Assembly: GCA_000830295.1 (NCBI GenBank)
Contig: CP010425.1
Coordinates: 1,056,001-1,120,000 of the forward strand
Source: an archaeon GW2011_AR15
Lineage (GTDB): Archaea > Nanobdellota > Nanobdellia > Woesearchaeales > GW2011-AR15
DNA: 64,000 nucleotides
Reading direction: 5' to 3'
Shown piece by piece: positions 27,644 to 36,818 of this stretch. The position numbers were made by a program, and so were the translations under genes. The number at the start of each line of letters is the position of its first letter. Position 1 is the stretch's first letter. The notes below the pieces were generated by a model. It worked only from the letters and a program-made list of their open reading frames with translations, was not told the DNA's origin and ran no database searches.

Positions 27644-28965
27644 CTTCTGATTATTGAAAGGATCTCTTCTCTCTTCTTTTCCATTAATTTTTTTGTGTCT
27701 GCCTCAAGGTTTAGGCGAAGATACGGCTCAGTATTGCTCGGGCGGACATTAAACCACCAGGAACCATATTCAACTGTAACACCATCAAGCCATGTTACCT
27801 CTGCATCTGAAAACCTCTCTGCAATCTCCCTCATCTTTCTTTCTTTGTCTTCAACTTGGGAATTTATCTCCCCGCTCTGGAAATATTTCCTGAGAGGAGC
27901 CACAAGTTCTGAGAGCTTCTTATTTTCTTCAGTCATCATCTCCAGCACTTTTATGATAACAAAGAAAGGGGCTTCTGCATAATGCTCATCCTCAAGATAA
28001 AAATGGCTGCTGAGCTCTCCTGCAAATTTTGCCTTCTCCCTTTTCATCTGCGCCTTGACAAGAGAATGGCCTACCATGCATCTTCCAGGTACCCCGTTGC
28101 TTATCTTGATAATATCCTCCACTGCTCTTGAGCATCTGACGTCATAAAGTATTTTTCTTCCGGGCTCTTTTGCTAAAATTGCTTTGGCAACAAGCCCTAT
28201 AATCATATCAGACTGGACAGTATTCCCTTTCTCATCCACAAATGCGCACCGGTCTGCATCGCCGTCAAAGGCTATGCCAATGTCTGCCTTATTTTTCAAT
28301 ACTGCTTCCTTAAGGTCATTCAGGTTTTCCTCTTTCAGCGGGTTGGCCTCATGGTTTGGAAAATTCCCGTCTAATTCAGGAAACAGGTGTATAAGCTCAA
28401 GGCCCAGCTTTTTGAAAAATTTAGAAGCTGTTGGGCCTCCGACTGCATTTGCAGTGTCAGTTACAACCCTGAATTTTTTTAGTTTTTTCTTTAAGTAAGA
28501 AAGTGAGTGGGCTATATAGCTATCCATAACATTTAATTTCTCAACTTTCCCTTTTTTACCAGGCAGCTTGTCCGGCAGCCTGCTGACCATCTCCCCAATC
28601 TCGTAAATCCCTGTTTCCCCTCCTATTGGCACTGCATCTTTTCTAACCATCTTAATTCCATTATATTCCGGTGGGTTGTGGGAGGCGCTTATCATCAGGC
28701 CACCTTCATGGCCGTAATTCCAGACTGAGAAATACATCATAGGGGTAGTCACAATGCCGATATCAACAACATTGCAGCCCTGGTCTGTTATTCCTTTCAC
28801 AAGAGCCTTAAACAGGCTCGGGGAAGAAACCCTCACATCCCTGCCCACAGTCACTTTTTTCGGCCGGAACTTCAGGACATATGCCCTCCCTATCTTATAG
28901 ACAATCCCCTCATCAATTGTTTCTTTATAGATGCCCCTGATGTCATAAGCCTTGAATATGCTCAT
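27640..28965 (-). CDS. Phosphomannomutase/phosphoglucomutase
   Basis: IFKAYDIRG, SASHNP, FDGDADR, GELSSH, RPSNTEP. Confidence 0.93.
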   Translation of the reverse strand: MSIFKAYDIRGIYKETIDEGIVYKIGRAYVLKFRPKKVTVGRDVRVSSPSLFKALVKGITDQGCNVVDIGIVTTPMMYFSVWNYGHEGGLMISASHNPPEYNGIKMVRKDAVPIGGETGIYEIGEMVSRLPDKLPGKKGKVEKLNVMDSYIAHSLSYLKKKLKKFRVVTDTANAVGGPTASKFFKKLGLELIHLFPELDGNFPNHEANPLKEENLNDLKEAVLKNKADIGIAFDGDADRCAFVDEKGNTVQSDMIIGLVAKAILAKEPGRKILYDVRCSRAVEDIIKISNGVPGRCMVGHSLVKAQMKREKAKFAGELSSHFYLEDEHYAEAPFFVIIKVLEMMTEENKKLSELVAPLRKYFQSGEINSQVEDKERKMREIAERFSDAEVTWLDGVTVEYGSWWFNVRPSNTEPYLRLNLEADTKKLMEKKREEILSIIRS

Positions 28966-29798
28966 TTTATCCCTTTCCACTCTTTTATTGCCTTTTCATA
29001 TCTTTCAGGAGTGCCTGTGTCAAACCACTGGCCTGAGAAAATATAGCCAAATAGCTTCTTGTCTTTTGCAAGCTTGGGGAATACATCCTCCTCATACATG
29101 GAAAACCCCTGGGGAATTGCCTTAAGGGCTTCGGGCTCCCATATTGACAGTCCTGAATTGATAAGGTTTGAAGGGGCTTTTCCGGGTGCAGGCTTCTCTA
29201 CGAATTCAAGTATCCTGTTCCCCTCAAGCTTTGCAACGCCATATGCTGACGGGTCTTTTACTGTTGTCAGGGCAGCTGTAACAAGGGCATTATTGTGCTT
29301 GTGAAAATGATACATCTCCTCAATATCAATATCCTTAAGCTCATCGCCATTGGTCACAATAAATGTCTCGTTAAGCAGAGGGGCAGCCAGCTTTATTGCG
29401 CCTGCGCTCCCTAATGGTTCTTTTTCCTCAACATAAGTTATTTTTACCCCAAATCTTGAGCCGCTTCCGAAATACTCCTTTATCTTATCTGCCTTATACC
29501 CGACTGAGAAAACAAGGTCTGTTATATGGTATTTCTTGAAAAGCTCTATAAGATGCTCGGGAACTGTCTTTCCCTGCAGCGGAAGCAGGGCTTTTGGCAT
29601 TTCATAGGTTATTGGCCTGAATCTCGTGCCTTTTCCTCCAAGAAGCAGCAGGGCTTTCTTCGGCCTGTTATTTCCCAAAACCCTGTGCAGGAACACCTCT
29701 ATTGCATGGCTCCTGTTCTTCAGCTTCTTGCCATCTATTTCTTTATCCAGCAACTCCAATGTGTCTGTATCCAGTGTTATTGTCAGCCTTTCTTTCAT
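28962..29798 (-). CDS. Sugar-phosphate nucleotidyltransferase with N-terminal ribbon-helix-helix domain
   Basis: MKERLTITLD...NRSHAIE (RHH) then GGKGTRFRP, PKALLP, NGD, FVEKP, WFDTG. Confidence 0.85.
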   Translation of the reverse strand: MKERLTITLDTDTLELLDKEIDGKKLKNRSHAIEVFLHRVLGNNRPKKALLLLGGKGTRFRPITYEMPKALLPLQGKTVPEHLIELFKKYHITDLVFSVGYKADKIKEYFGSGSRFGVKITYVEEKEPLGSAGAIKLAAPLLNETFIVTNGDELKDIDIEEMYHFHKHNNALVTAALTTVKDPSAYGVAKLEGNRILEFVEKPAPGKAPSNLINSGLSIWEPEALKAIPQGFSMYEEDVFPKLAKDKKLFGYIFSGQWFDTGTPERYEKAIKEWKGIK

Positions 29799-29915
29799 AT
29801 GGCATGAAAAACCCATCTAGAATATAAATCTTTTGAAAGTATGATGATGTATGATAAACTATATAGTAGTTCTCCGCAAGATTATTAAAAGGAGAGTAAA
29901 TTTTAAGCTGTTGTT

Positions 29916-30392
29916 ATGAAGCATTCCCTCAAAACAGGCATCAGTTTTGGCTTAACTTCAGGAATAATCACCACTCTTGGGCTGATGGTCGGCCTGAATT
30001 CAGGCACTCACTCAAAGCTGGTTGTTATTGGAGGTATATTTACGATTGCCATTGCAGATGCACTCTCAGATGCACTGGGCATACATGTTTCTGAAGAATC
30101 AGAGAACAAACATACTCCTGCAGAGATATGGGAGTCAACAATTTATACTTTCCTTGCTAAATTTGTCTTTGCCCTGTCCTTTGTTATTCCTCTCCTGTTT
30201 TTCCAGTTATCCACTGCAGTTATTGTCAGCGCAATCTGGGGTCTGTCTTTGCTGGGGATTTTCAGCATCTACATTGCCAAAGACCAGAAAACAAAAACCT
30301 GGAAAGTGGTGGCTGAGCACCTTGCTATTGCCCTGATAGTCATATTAATAACCCATTATGTAGGTGAATGGATTGGCGTAATGTTTGGATAG
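29916..30392 (+). CDS. VIT1/CCC1 family metal transporter (short form)
   Basis: FGLTSGIITTLG, ADALSDALGIHVSEE. Confidence 0.8.
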   Translation: MKHSLKTGISFGLTSGIITTLGLMVGLNSGTHSKLVVIGGIFTIAIADALSDALGIHVSEESENKHTPAEIWESTIYTFLAKFVFALSFVIPLLFFQLSTAVIVSAIWGLSLLGIFSIYIAKDQKTKTWKVVAEHLAIALIVILITHYVGEWIGVMFG

Positions 30393-30448
30393 GCAGAGTA
30401 ATGCATAATTCAGAAATATTTATCAACATGGGGGGCTTCCGGAAATGT

Positions 30449-30910
30449 ATGAAAGAGCATGGAAAATTCTTTTTTATTGTCCTGTTCATAGTTTCTCTTG
30501 ACCAGCTTGTTAAGTTTGTGATAAGAGCATCTCTTACTTCTGAAAGCTCAATACTCCTGGTCAAAAACTTTTTTTCAATAACCTACCTCCAGAATACAGG
30601 CATATCATTCGGCCTGCTGAAAGGGAACAATGCGCTCTTTGCAGCAATCGCTGCTGCTGCGCTCTTCATATTTTTTCATTTCTACAATAAAGAAAAAAAA
30701 TACTGGCTCCAGTATGCTCTTATAACCGGCGGTATCATCGGCAACCTGATAGACCGGCTCTATCTTGGCTATGTTGTCGACTACTTTAATTTCCACTTCT
30801 TTCCTGTCTTTAATATTGCAGATTCCTCAATATTCATAGGCATAGCATGGCTCATAATCCTGTCGTTCAGGGACGCAAAGAAATATAAAGGAAAAAAGAA
30901 AAGAAAGTAA
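30449..30910 (+). CDS. lspA: Signal peptidase II (lipoprotein signal peptidase)
   Basis: DQLVK, NTGISFG, GGIIGNLIDR, VVDY, FNIADS. Confidence 0.9.
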   Translation: MKEHGKFFFIVLFIVSLDQLVKFVIRASLTSESSILLVKNFFSITYLQNTGISFGLLKGNNALFAAIAAAALFIFFHFYNKEKKYWLQYALITGGIIGNLIDRLYLGYVVDYFNFHFFPVFNIADSSIFIGIAWLIILSFRDAKKYKGKKKRK

Positions 30911-30911
30911 T

Positions 30912-31703
30912 ATGGCTGACAAGAGAGTTAAAAAAGCGCAGGAAGCCTATGAAAAAGGCGACATTGAATCAACTAAGAAAGTTCATACAAAAGATGCAAT
31001 AGAACATGCTGAGAACCACAAGACCGGGAAGCACCTGGGTGATTTTGTGTATGGTGCACTTGACGGGATAGTAACCACTTTCGCAGTAGTTTCCGGTGTA
31101 GAGGGCGCACAGCTTTCAAGCTCTATTATACTTATCCTGGGTTTTGCCAACCTGCTTGGCGACGGCGTTTCAATGGGTGTGGGGAATTACCTAAGCACAA
31201 AATCAGAGCTTGATTATATAAAGAAAGAAAGGAAAAGAGAGGAGTGGGAAATAGAAAATTACCCTGAAGGAGAAAAAATGGAAATCAGACACATATTCCA
31301 TAAAAAAGGCTTCAGGGGTAAAGATCTTGACAGAGCCACAGGAATAGTAACTTCTGACAAAAAAATCTGGGTGGATACTATGATGACAGAAGAGCTTGGG
31401 CTTGTTGAAGAGGAAAAAACCCCTGTAATCAGCGGGCTTGCGACATTTACTGCTTTTGTCATTGCCGGATTCATACCTCTGCTTGCTTTTGTCTTGAAAA
31501 TATTAATTCCAAGCCTCACTATAGACCTATTTATGGTTTCCATATTCCTTACAGGCCTTGCGCTTTTTGTTGTAGGCGCAATGCGCTCACTGGTTACAAG
31601 ATTATCCTGGCTGCGCTCGGGACTGGAGATGCTTTTTGTAGGCGGGATTACAGCACTTGTTGCTTATGGCGTTGGATTCTTCTTAAGAGGCCTTGGAGTA
31701 TAA
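30912..31703 (+). CDS. VIT1/CCC1 family Fe/Mn transporter
   Basis: DFVYGALDGIVTTFAVV, SMGVGNYLS, Glu-rich insert, MMTEELG. Confidence 0.9.
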   Translation: MADKRVKKAQEAYEKGDIESTKKVHTKDAIEHAENHKTGKHLGDFVYGALDGIVTTFAVVSGVEGAQLSSSIILILGFANLLGDGVSMGVGNYLSTKSELDYIKKERKREEWEIENYPEGEKMEIRHIFHKKGFRGKDLDRATGIVTSDKKIWVDTMMTEELGLVEEEKTPVISGLATFTAFVIAGFIPLLAFVLKILIPSLTIDLFMVSIFLTGLALFVVGAMRSLVTRLSWLRSGLEMLFVGGITALVAYGVGFFLRGLGV

Positions 31704-31805
31704 TTACCAGGTAAATATTGCAACTGCTACAAGTATTACACCTATAGAAATGAAGATTATTGGGAGTAGATCCTCTTTTGGGATATTAATTGGTATATTT
31801 GCCAT
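31704..31805 (-). CDS. Small single-TM membrane peptide
   Basis: MANIPINIPKEDLLPIIFISIGVILVAVAIFTW, TATA-like TTTAAAA upstream. Confidence 0.4.
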   Translation of the reverse strand: MANIPINIPKEDLLPIIFISIGVILVAVAIFTW

Positions 31806-31857
31806 ATAAAGATTAGAAGTTCTCCAGTTTTTAAATTTTTTGAATATATTTTTATAT

Positions 31858-32292
31858 ATGTTCGGTTTACCATACTTCATGGTGACTATGGATGAAGCTG
31901 ATTCAATTGATAAATTCATAAAGGATAATGGCTGGCCTGCTTTCTGCAGCATGGTTATAGAGACAGGCAGACGGTTTCCTGAAAACTATTATGTAAGGTC
32001 CACGCATGGCCGCACAACAGACAGGATTACAATTGGAAGGCCTGCTGATTTTCCATTGGATGAAAAAGAGCAAAATATATATGCCCTCGCAAAAGAAGGA
32101 AAGATAGGAAAGGCTATAGTTGCAGGGCTGGAATTCATTGCTCTGGTGCAGGAGATGAGCAAAACAAGATACACTCCTGTTCTTGATTTAAGGAGATCCT
32201 TTATCAATGATGAAATCAGCTATGTTGTGCCGCCAAACTCCTCAGACCCTTTTGTCAAGAAATTGTACCAAACTCTCATCTCATTAGAGTAA
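31858..32292 (+). CDS. Hypothetical protein
   Basis: About 145-aa ORF; start uncertain. Confidence 0.6.
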   Translation: MFGLPYFMVTMDEADSIDKFIKDNGWPAFCSMVIETGRRFPENYYVRSTHGRTTDRITIGRPADFPLDEKEQNIYALAKEGKIGKAIVAGLEFIALVQEMSKTRYTPVLDLRRSFINDEISYVVPPNSSDPFVKKLYQTLISLE

Positions 32293-32360
32293 TGATTGCT
32301 TTTTCTTTTTTATTCTATAAGAAACATTTAAAAGCAAAATGAATTTTCACAGACATAAAA

Positions 32361-32483
32361 CCCTCCTTAGCTCAGCGGCTAGAGCGTTCGGCTGTAGATG
32401 CTTATCTGACATGGTGCTAACCAAAGGATGAAAATAAGCCAGCCGTGACCGAAAGGTCCCCGGTTCGAATCTGGGAGGAGGGA
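32361..32483 (+). tRNA. tRNA-Tyr(GTA) with 50-nt intron (32398-32447)
   Basis: CCCTCCT/GGAGGG acceptor stem (C1-G72), TTCGG/CCGAA anticodon stem, GTTCGAATC. Confidence 0.92.
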
Positions 32484-32521
32484 TTTTTATTTTTAGAAAG
32501 AAATTAAAAAAATAATGAAAG

Positions 32522-32941
32522 TTACTTCTTCTTTTTCTTGCCTAGCCTGGCATCAAGCGACCAGTCTCCCGGGCCTGTCAGCATTGTTGAGACCGCTGTA
32601 GCCAGAAGCATGATGTCGTATGCTGATCCTCCTGCAAAATTAGCTGTAAGCTTTACCTTGATGATGGCAACAACCATAATCACTGAAACCAGCAGGGCTG
32701 CTACTCTTGTCCATAACCCAAGTATCAGGGCGATTCCGCCGAAAAATTCAACTATTGCCACCAGCCATGCTGCATAGTTTGCCATAGGTATCCCTATAGT
32801 TGCAAAGAATCCCACAACATTATTAATGCCTGTAAGCTTGATGTATCCGTGCGCAACAAAAACCAGGCCAAGAACCACTCTCAGCACAAGAGGCGCATAG
32901 GACTTATTCTTTTCACACCATTTCTCGAATTTCTTTAACAT
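32522..32941 (-). CDS. DoxX family membrane protein
   Basis: LRVVLGLVFVAHG..KL, EFFGG, GLWTR, GPG.WSLD. Confidence 0.9.
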   Translation of the reverse strand: MLKKFEKWCEKNKSYAPLVLRVVLGLVFVAHGYIKLTGINNVVGFFATIGIPMANYAAWLVAIVEFFGGIALILGLWTRVAALLVSVIMVVAIIKVKLTANFAGGSAYDIMLLATAVSTMLTGPGDWSLDARLGKKKKK

Positions 32942-33079
32942 TTTATCACCCTTGGTATTAATTTATCTTGCACTGTCGAGATGATTTATAAACCTTTTGC
33001 TTAAAATGCACAACATTTAAATATATAGTCTGCTATATACCTTAACAGAAATAGTTCTTAAAAAAAACGATGACCTAGA

Positions 33080-33217
33080 ATGAATTATTTTGATTCAACA
33101 CAGTATCTGGAGCCGCGATGCGAAAAGTGCGGCATTGTGCTAGATTATGGTACAAATACAGAATTCAATGAAAAGCTTATGTCCCAGGTATGCATGGTAT
33201 GCGGAAACAAGCTCTAA
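33080..33217 (+). CDS. Small zinc-ribbon protein (45 aa, not in the ORF track)
   Basis: MNYFDSTQYLEPRCEKCGIVLDYGTNTEFNEKLMSQVCMVCGNKL, two CxxCG knuckles. Confidence 0.75.
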   Translation: MNYFDSTQYLEPRCEKCGIVLDYGTNTEFNEKLMSQVCMVCGNKL

Positions 33218-34341
33218 ATGTAGTAGCACCCTTCAAGTTTTCTCTCTTTGACAACCTCCTTGGCATCTTCATAATTAAGCCCGAGCCTTTCTTCTGGAGT
33301 GCTGTAGTCCGCAAGGTTATAGTTGTAGATCTTCAGCTTTCTGACAATATCCGTTTTGGGGTCAACATCATAGCAGATTACCTTATTCCCTATTTCAAGT
33401 ATATTAAAAAGGCAGTTGTTGACAGCAGAGTTATTCAGCATGAAGTAGAACTCTGACGCATTGTAAAAGTGGGTGGTCATGAGATGATGGTATGACTGCA
33501 CAAATATTTTGAATTTCAGCTTTCCTTTCATTTCTTCTATGAATTCCCTCACAGCCATGCTTGCGGGCCTGAATGCAAAAGGGTCTTTCCTCAGCTTGCC
33601 CTGCGTCTGGTTCAGCAGCAGAAGCTTGTTCACATAGCCTAGCTGCCGCCTTACAGTATTGAGCATATCTCTTGTTATTTTTTCCTGGAATTCTGATGTC
33701 GCATCCATTGCCCCTGAGCTTGAATTGAGCCCGGGGATAGCTGCAATAAGCAGATCTCCTGCAAGCAATGTGCTTCCGCCTATATAGACAAGTTTTTTCT
33801 GCTTCGGGTCTTTTATTTTAGAAAGAAACTCCTTGAAGGTCTCCCTGTAATCCGACAGCAGGGCAATGCTTCTTATATATGTCTCTGGGACTTCAAGCAA
33901 GAAAGCAAGCTCATCAAGCACCCTGTAATGCAGCGGAGACTCATATGTACCGATGTTAAAGCATGTTTTTGCTATGGCTGAGAATTTCTGCAGTATGCTA
34001 AGCAGCTGCTCGTACCGGTGATGGACATACTCTTCTATATGCCTGGAAAGCTCCAGTTTCAGCTGCTCATCCTGGCTTGCCTGCTCATATGCGACAGAAA
34101 TTTTTTTTAATTCTGCGTAATTTGGCGCTATATCCTGCAATACTTTTGCCTTGTCAAGCGAGGCGTCAAAAAGCTTTTTGTTGAAAGAATAGCCATATCC
34201 TTCCCTTATCTCATTTTCACCCAATACATCGCCGTTTATGATGATCAGGTCCAGCTTCCATGAAGATTTAGCCCTGATATAGTTGTATATGAAATCAATG
34301 TTTTCTTTTGTGTGGCTGTCAGAAATAATAGCGATTCTCAT
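33214..34341 (-). CDS. Metallophosphoesterase-like protein (degenerate)
   Basis: IISDSH and INGDV present; GNHD replaced by GTYE. Confidence 0.7.
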   Translation of the reverse strand: MRIAIISDSHTKENIDFIYNYIRAKSSWKLDLIIINGDVLGENEIREGYGYSFNKKLFDASLDKAKVLQDIAPNYAELKKISVAYEQASQDEQLKLELSRHIEEYVHHRYEQLLSILQKFSAIAKTCFNIGTYESPLHYRVLDELAFLLEVPETYIRSIALLSDYRETFKEFLSKIKDPKQKKLVYIGGSTLLAGDLLIAAIPGLNSSSGAMDATSEFQEKITRDMLNTVRRQLGYVNKLLLLNQTQGKLRKDPFAFRPASMAVREFIEEMKGKLKFKIFVQSYHHLMTTHFYNASEFYFMLNNSAVNNCLFNILEIGNKVICYDVDPKTDIVRKLKIYNYNLADYSTPEERLGLNYEDAKEVVKERKLEGCYYI

Positions 34342-34429
34342 TCCCCATCATAACTAATATAGCTGATTCACTATAAATAACTTTGCACACAGAGCAAGAT
34401 TTAAATTGGGCAGTTTCTTCCTTTAAAAA

Positions 34430-34729
34430 ATGCCGTTCGTAAAAATAGGAAAGACCTCTGATGTGCAGAACAGGAAAGGCAGGCTCTTTATTGTAAATGG
34501 AAACAGAGTAGCTGTATTCAATGTAAATGGTGAGTTCTTTGCAATAGACAGCAGATGCCCGCATCACGGCATTGATCTTGCCGGAGGCTACCTGAACGGC
34601 AAGATTGTAACTTGCCCGGGGCACGGCTGGGAATTTGACCTGGAAACAGGCGAAAACGTCATACTTCCGGTAAGTGTGAGAAAATACAATATAAAATCAG
34701 AAGGGGACAATCTTCTTCTAGAGATTTAA
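34430..34729 (+). CDS. Rieske [2Fe-2S] ferredoxin
   Basis: CPHHG...CPGHGWEFD. Confidence 0.92.
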   Translation: MPFVKIGKTSDVQNRKGRLFIVNGNRVAVFNVNGEFFAIDSRCPHHGIDLAGGYLNGKIVTCPGHGWEFDLETGENVILPVSVRKYNIKSEGDNLLLEI

Positions 34730-34735
34730 AATGGA

Positions 34736-34753
34736 GTGTGAGGGAATCCCTCA
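34736..34753. terminator. Inverted repeat after the Rieske gene
   Basis: Near-perfect palindrome GTGAGGGA-A-TCCCTCAC; function uncertain. Confidence 0.35.
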
Positions 34754-34823
34754 CTAAAAAATCAATGCAAATTCCTTAACAAATACAATAAACTTTATAA
34801 AGACCTTATTTTTCTTTCAGGGT

Positions 34824-35204
34824 ATGGCATTAGACCAGCAGAGAAGCAGGAGAAAGGAAACCGGAGCCAGGTATAAAAGGCAGCATAAGAAGAAGAAGCA
34901 CACAATGGGCAGAAGCCCAACCCTTACAAAAATAGCCTCAGATTCTGCAAAAGTGGGCATAAGGGTAAGGGGCGGCAGTGTGAAGACAAGGCTTCTCAGG
35001 ACTGATTCTGCCAATGTATACAACCCTAAAACAAAGAAATACACAAAGGCAAAAATAATCCAGGTTGTCGAGAATCCGGGAAACAGGCACTATGTCAGGG
35101 CCAACATCATGACAAAGGGCACAATCATAAAGACTGACAAGGGAAACGCAAGAGTTACTTCAAGGCCTGGTCAGGATGGCGTAATCAATGCAGTTCTTGT
35201 TTGA
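34824..35204 (+). CDS. rps8e: Ribosomal protein S8e
   Basis: RVRGG, ENPGN, TKG, VTSRPGQDG. Confidence 0.96.
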   Translation: MALDQQRSRRKETGARYKRQHKKKKHTMGRSPTLTKIASDSAKVGIRVRGGSVKTRLLRTDSANVYNPKTKKYTKAKIIQVVENPGNRHYVRANIMTKGTIIKTDKGNARVTSRPGQDGVINAVLV

Positions 35205-35249
35205 TTATTTTTAAGTTATATTTATAAATAAAATAAAAACACCTAGATT

Positions 35250-36026
35250 ATGCCCGGCACTAATTTCCCGAATCCAATAATCTATGTTTTAGGTGATGTT
35301 TTTTCTGAAGCTGAGTTTCCAAATCTGCCTGAAAGGGAATTCCCCGCTTATCTTTTTTACTGGCACGGCGACAAACTCCCTAAAAGGGAGCACATTGAAG
35401 AGCACAATCCTGTTGCTGTAATCAGCAGTAAGGATGTCAGCAACCTTGGATTCTCCCTTGATACAATTCTTTCTCTCACCAGCTCCCCGGAGGAGGGGAT
35501 AGAGCTTGCCAAAAGAGCAATGGATAATTATCCTGCAGTACTGGCAAAGTACAGGATCTCTTTGCTGTCAGGGTTTGAGAAGAGCGAATTCGTGCCTCAT
35601 GAGCCTATCTGGAAAAAATTATTGGGCAAAAACAGGATGCTAAGCTTTTTTGCCGGTGAGGATTCAGAAAAGTACCATCTTGCTGTATTCGGACTGTCTT
35701 TATGCTATTCAGGCTACAGCATAGAGGATAAAGAATTGGTGCAGAGGCCGGAAGAGGGTCGCACGCTGCTGCAGCCATGCGATACATGCAAATCAGCAGC
35801 TGACTACCTGCTTACAGGCGTGTTTGATAATTCTGACATATCAAAAGTGTATATGCTGGAATGGCTGGGGAAAGCTGGCTTTGGGGTAAAAAGAGATGAC
35901 TGGAACCTGGCAAGAAGGCAGGTAATTGCAGTTGAGCAGCAAAGACTAAGCCTCCTCCCTGAATTAGCCAGGGTATACGGGATACAGCATTTCCCTGCAT
36001 ATGATGCTCTGATGCTCAAAGGATAG
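35250..36026 (+). CDS. Hypothetical protein
   Basis: 258-aa ORF with TTTATAAA TATA upstream; contains C...CxxC. Confidence 0.7.
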   Translation: MPGTNFPNPIIYVLGDVFSEAEFPNLPEREFPAYLFYWHGDKLPKREHIEEHNPVAVISSKDVSNLGFSLDTILSLTSSPEEGIELAKRAMDNYPAVLAKYRISLLSGFEKSEFVPHEPIWKKLLGKNRMLSFFAGEDSEKYHLAVFGLSLCYSGYSIEDKELVQRPEEGRTLLQPCDTCKSAADYLLTGVFDNSDISKVYMLEWLGKAGFGVKRDDWNLARRQVIAVEQQRLSLLPELARVYGIQHFPAYDALMLKG

Positions 36027-36058
36027 TCTTTAAATATTCTGTTTTCTTAAAACAATCC

Positions 36059-36736
36059 ATGCTCAAACAGATATATGGCAGACTCTTAGCTGAGTATGGT
36101 GCTCAGGGATGGTGGCCTGTAACAAAAAAAGAAAAGCCGGAATACTCAGGCGGGCCAAAAACAGAAAAACAGCAGCTTGAGGTCATATTTGGAGCCATCC
36201 TGACGCAGAACACTTCATGGAAAAATGCTGAGAAAGCCATAATTGAGCTAAATAGGCGCAGGCTGATTGATATAGACCGAATGCTTGAAATTCACGCTGA
36301 CAAATTAGCCCTGGCAATAAAATCTTCAGGATATTTTAACCAGAAAGCAAAGAAGCTGAAAAATGTTGCCGCTCTCCTGAAAAAGCACCCTTTAAAAGAA
36401 CTGGAAAAATTGGAGATAAAAAAATTGAGATTGCTCTTGCTATCTGTAGAAGGTATCGGGCCTGAAACTGCTGATTCCATTATACTGTATGCGCTCAGAA
36501 AGCCTGTGTTTGTGGTGGACACATATACCAAAAGAATATTCTCCCGGGTTGGCCTGATTGATAAAAAGAGGGACTACGATGACGTGCAGAGGTTTTTCCA
36601 CTCTAAACTGAAGAAAGACGAAAAGCTGTTCAATGAGTATCACGCCCTTATTGTAGAACATGCAAAGAGATACTGCAGGAAGGAGCCGCTGTGTAAAAAT
36701 TGCATTGTGAATTCATTCTGCAAAGCAGCAAAATAA
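36059..36736 (+). CDS. HhH-GPD endonuclease III-related glycosylase
   Basis: GWWP, GAILTQNTSW, GIGPETAD, VVD, C-terminal Cys cluster. Confidence 0.9.
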   Translation: MLKQIYGRLLAEYGAQGWWPVTKKEKPEYSGGPKTEKQQLEVIFGAILTQNTSWKNAEKAIIELNRRRLIDIDRMLEIHADKLALAIKSSGYFNQKAKKLKNVAALLKKHPLKELEKLEIKKLRLLLLSVEGIGPETADSIILYALRKPVFVVDTYTKRIFSRVGLIDKKRDYDDVQRFFHSKLKKDEKLFNEYHALIVEHAKRYCRKEPLCKNCIVNSFCKAAK

Positions 36737-36818
36737 CTAAATAACTTCAACTCAATTTAAAGCCTACAAAAGGTATATTAAACTCATATGCTTCACCATT
36801 GAAAAGAAGGTGAAAACT

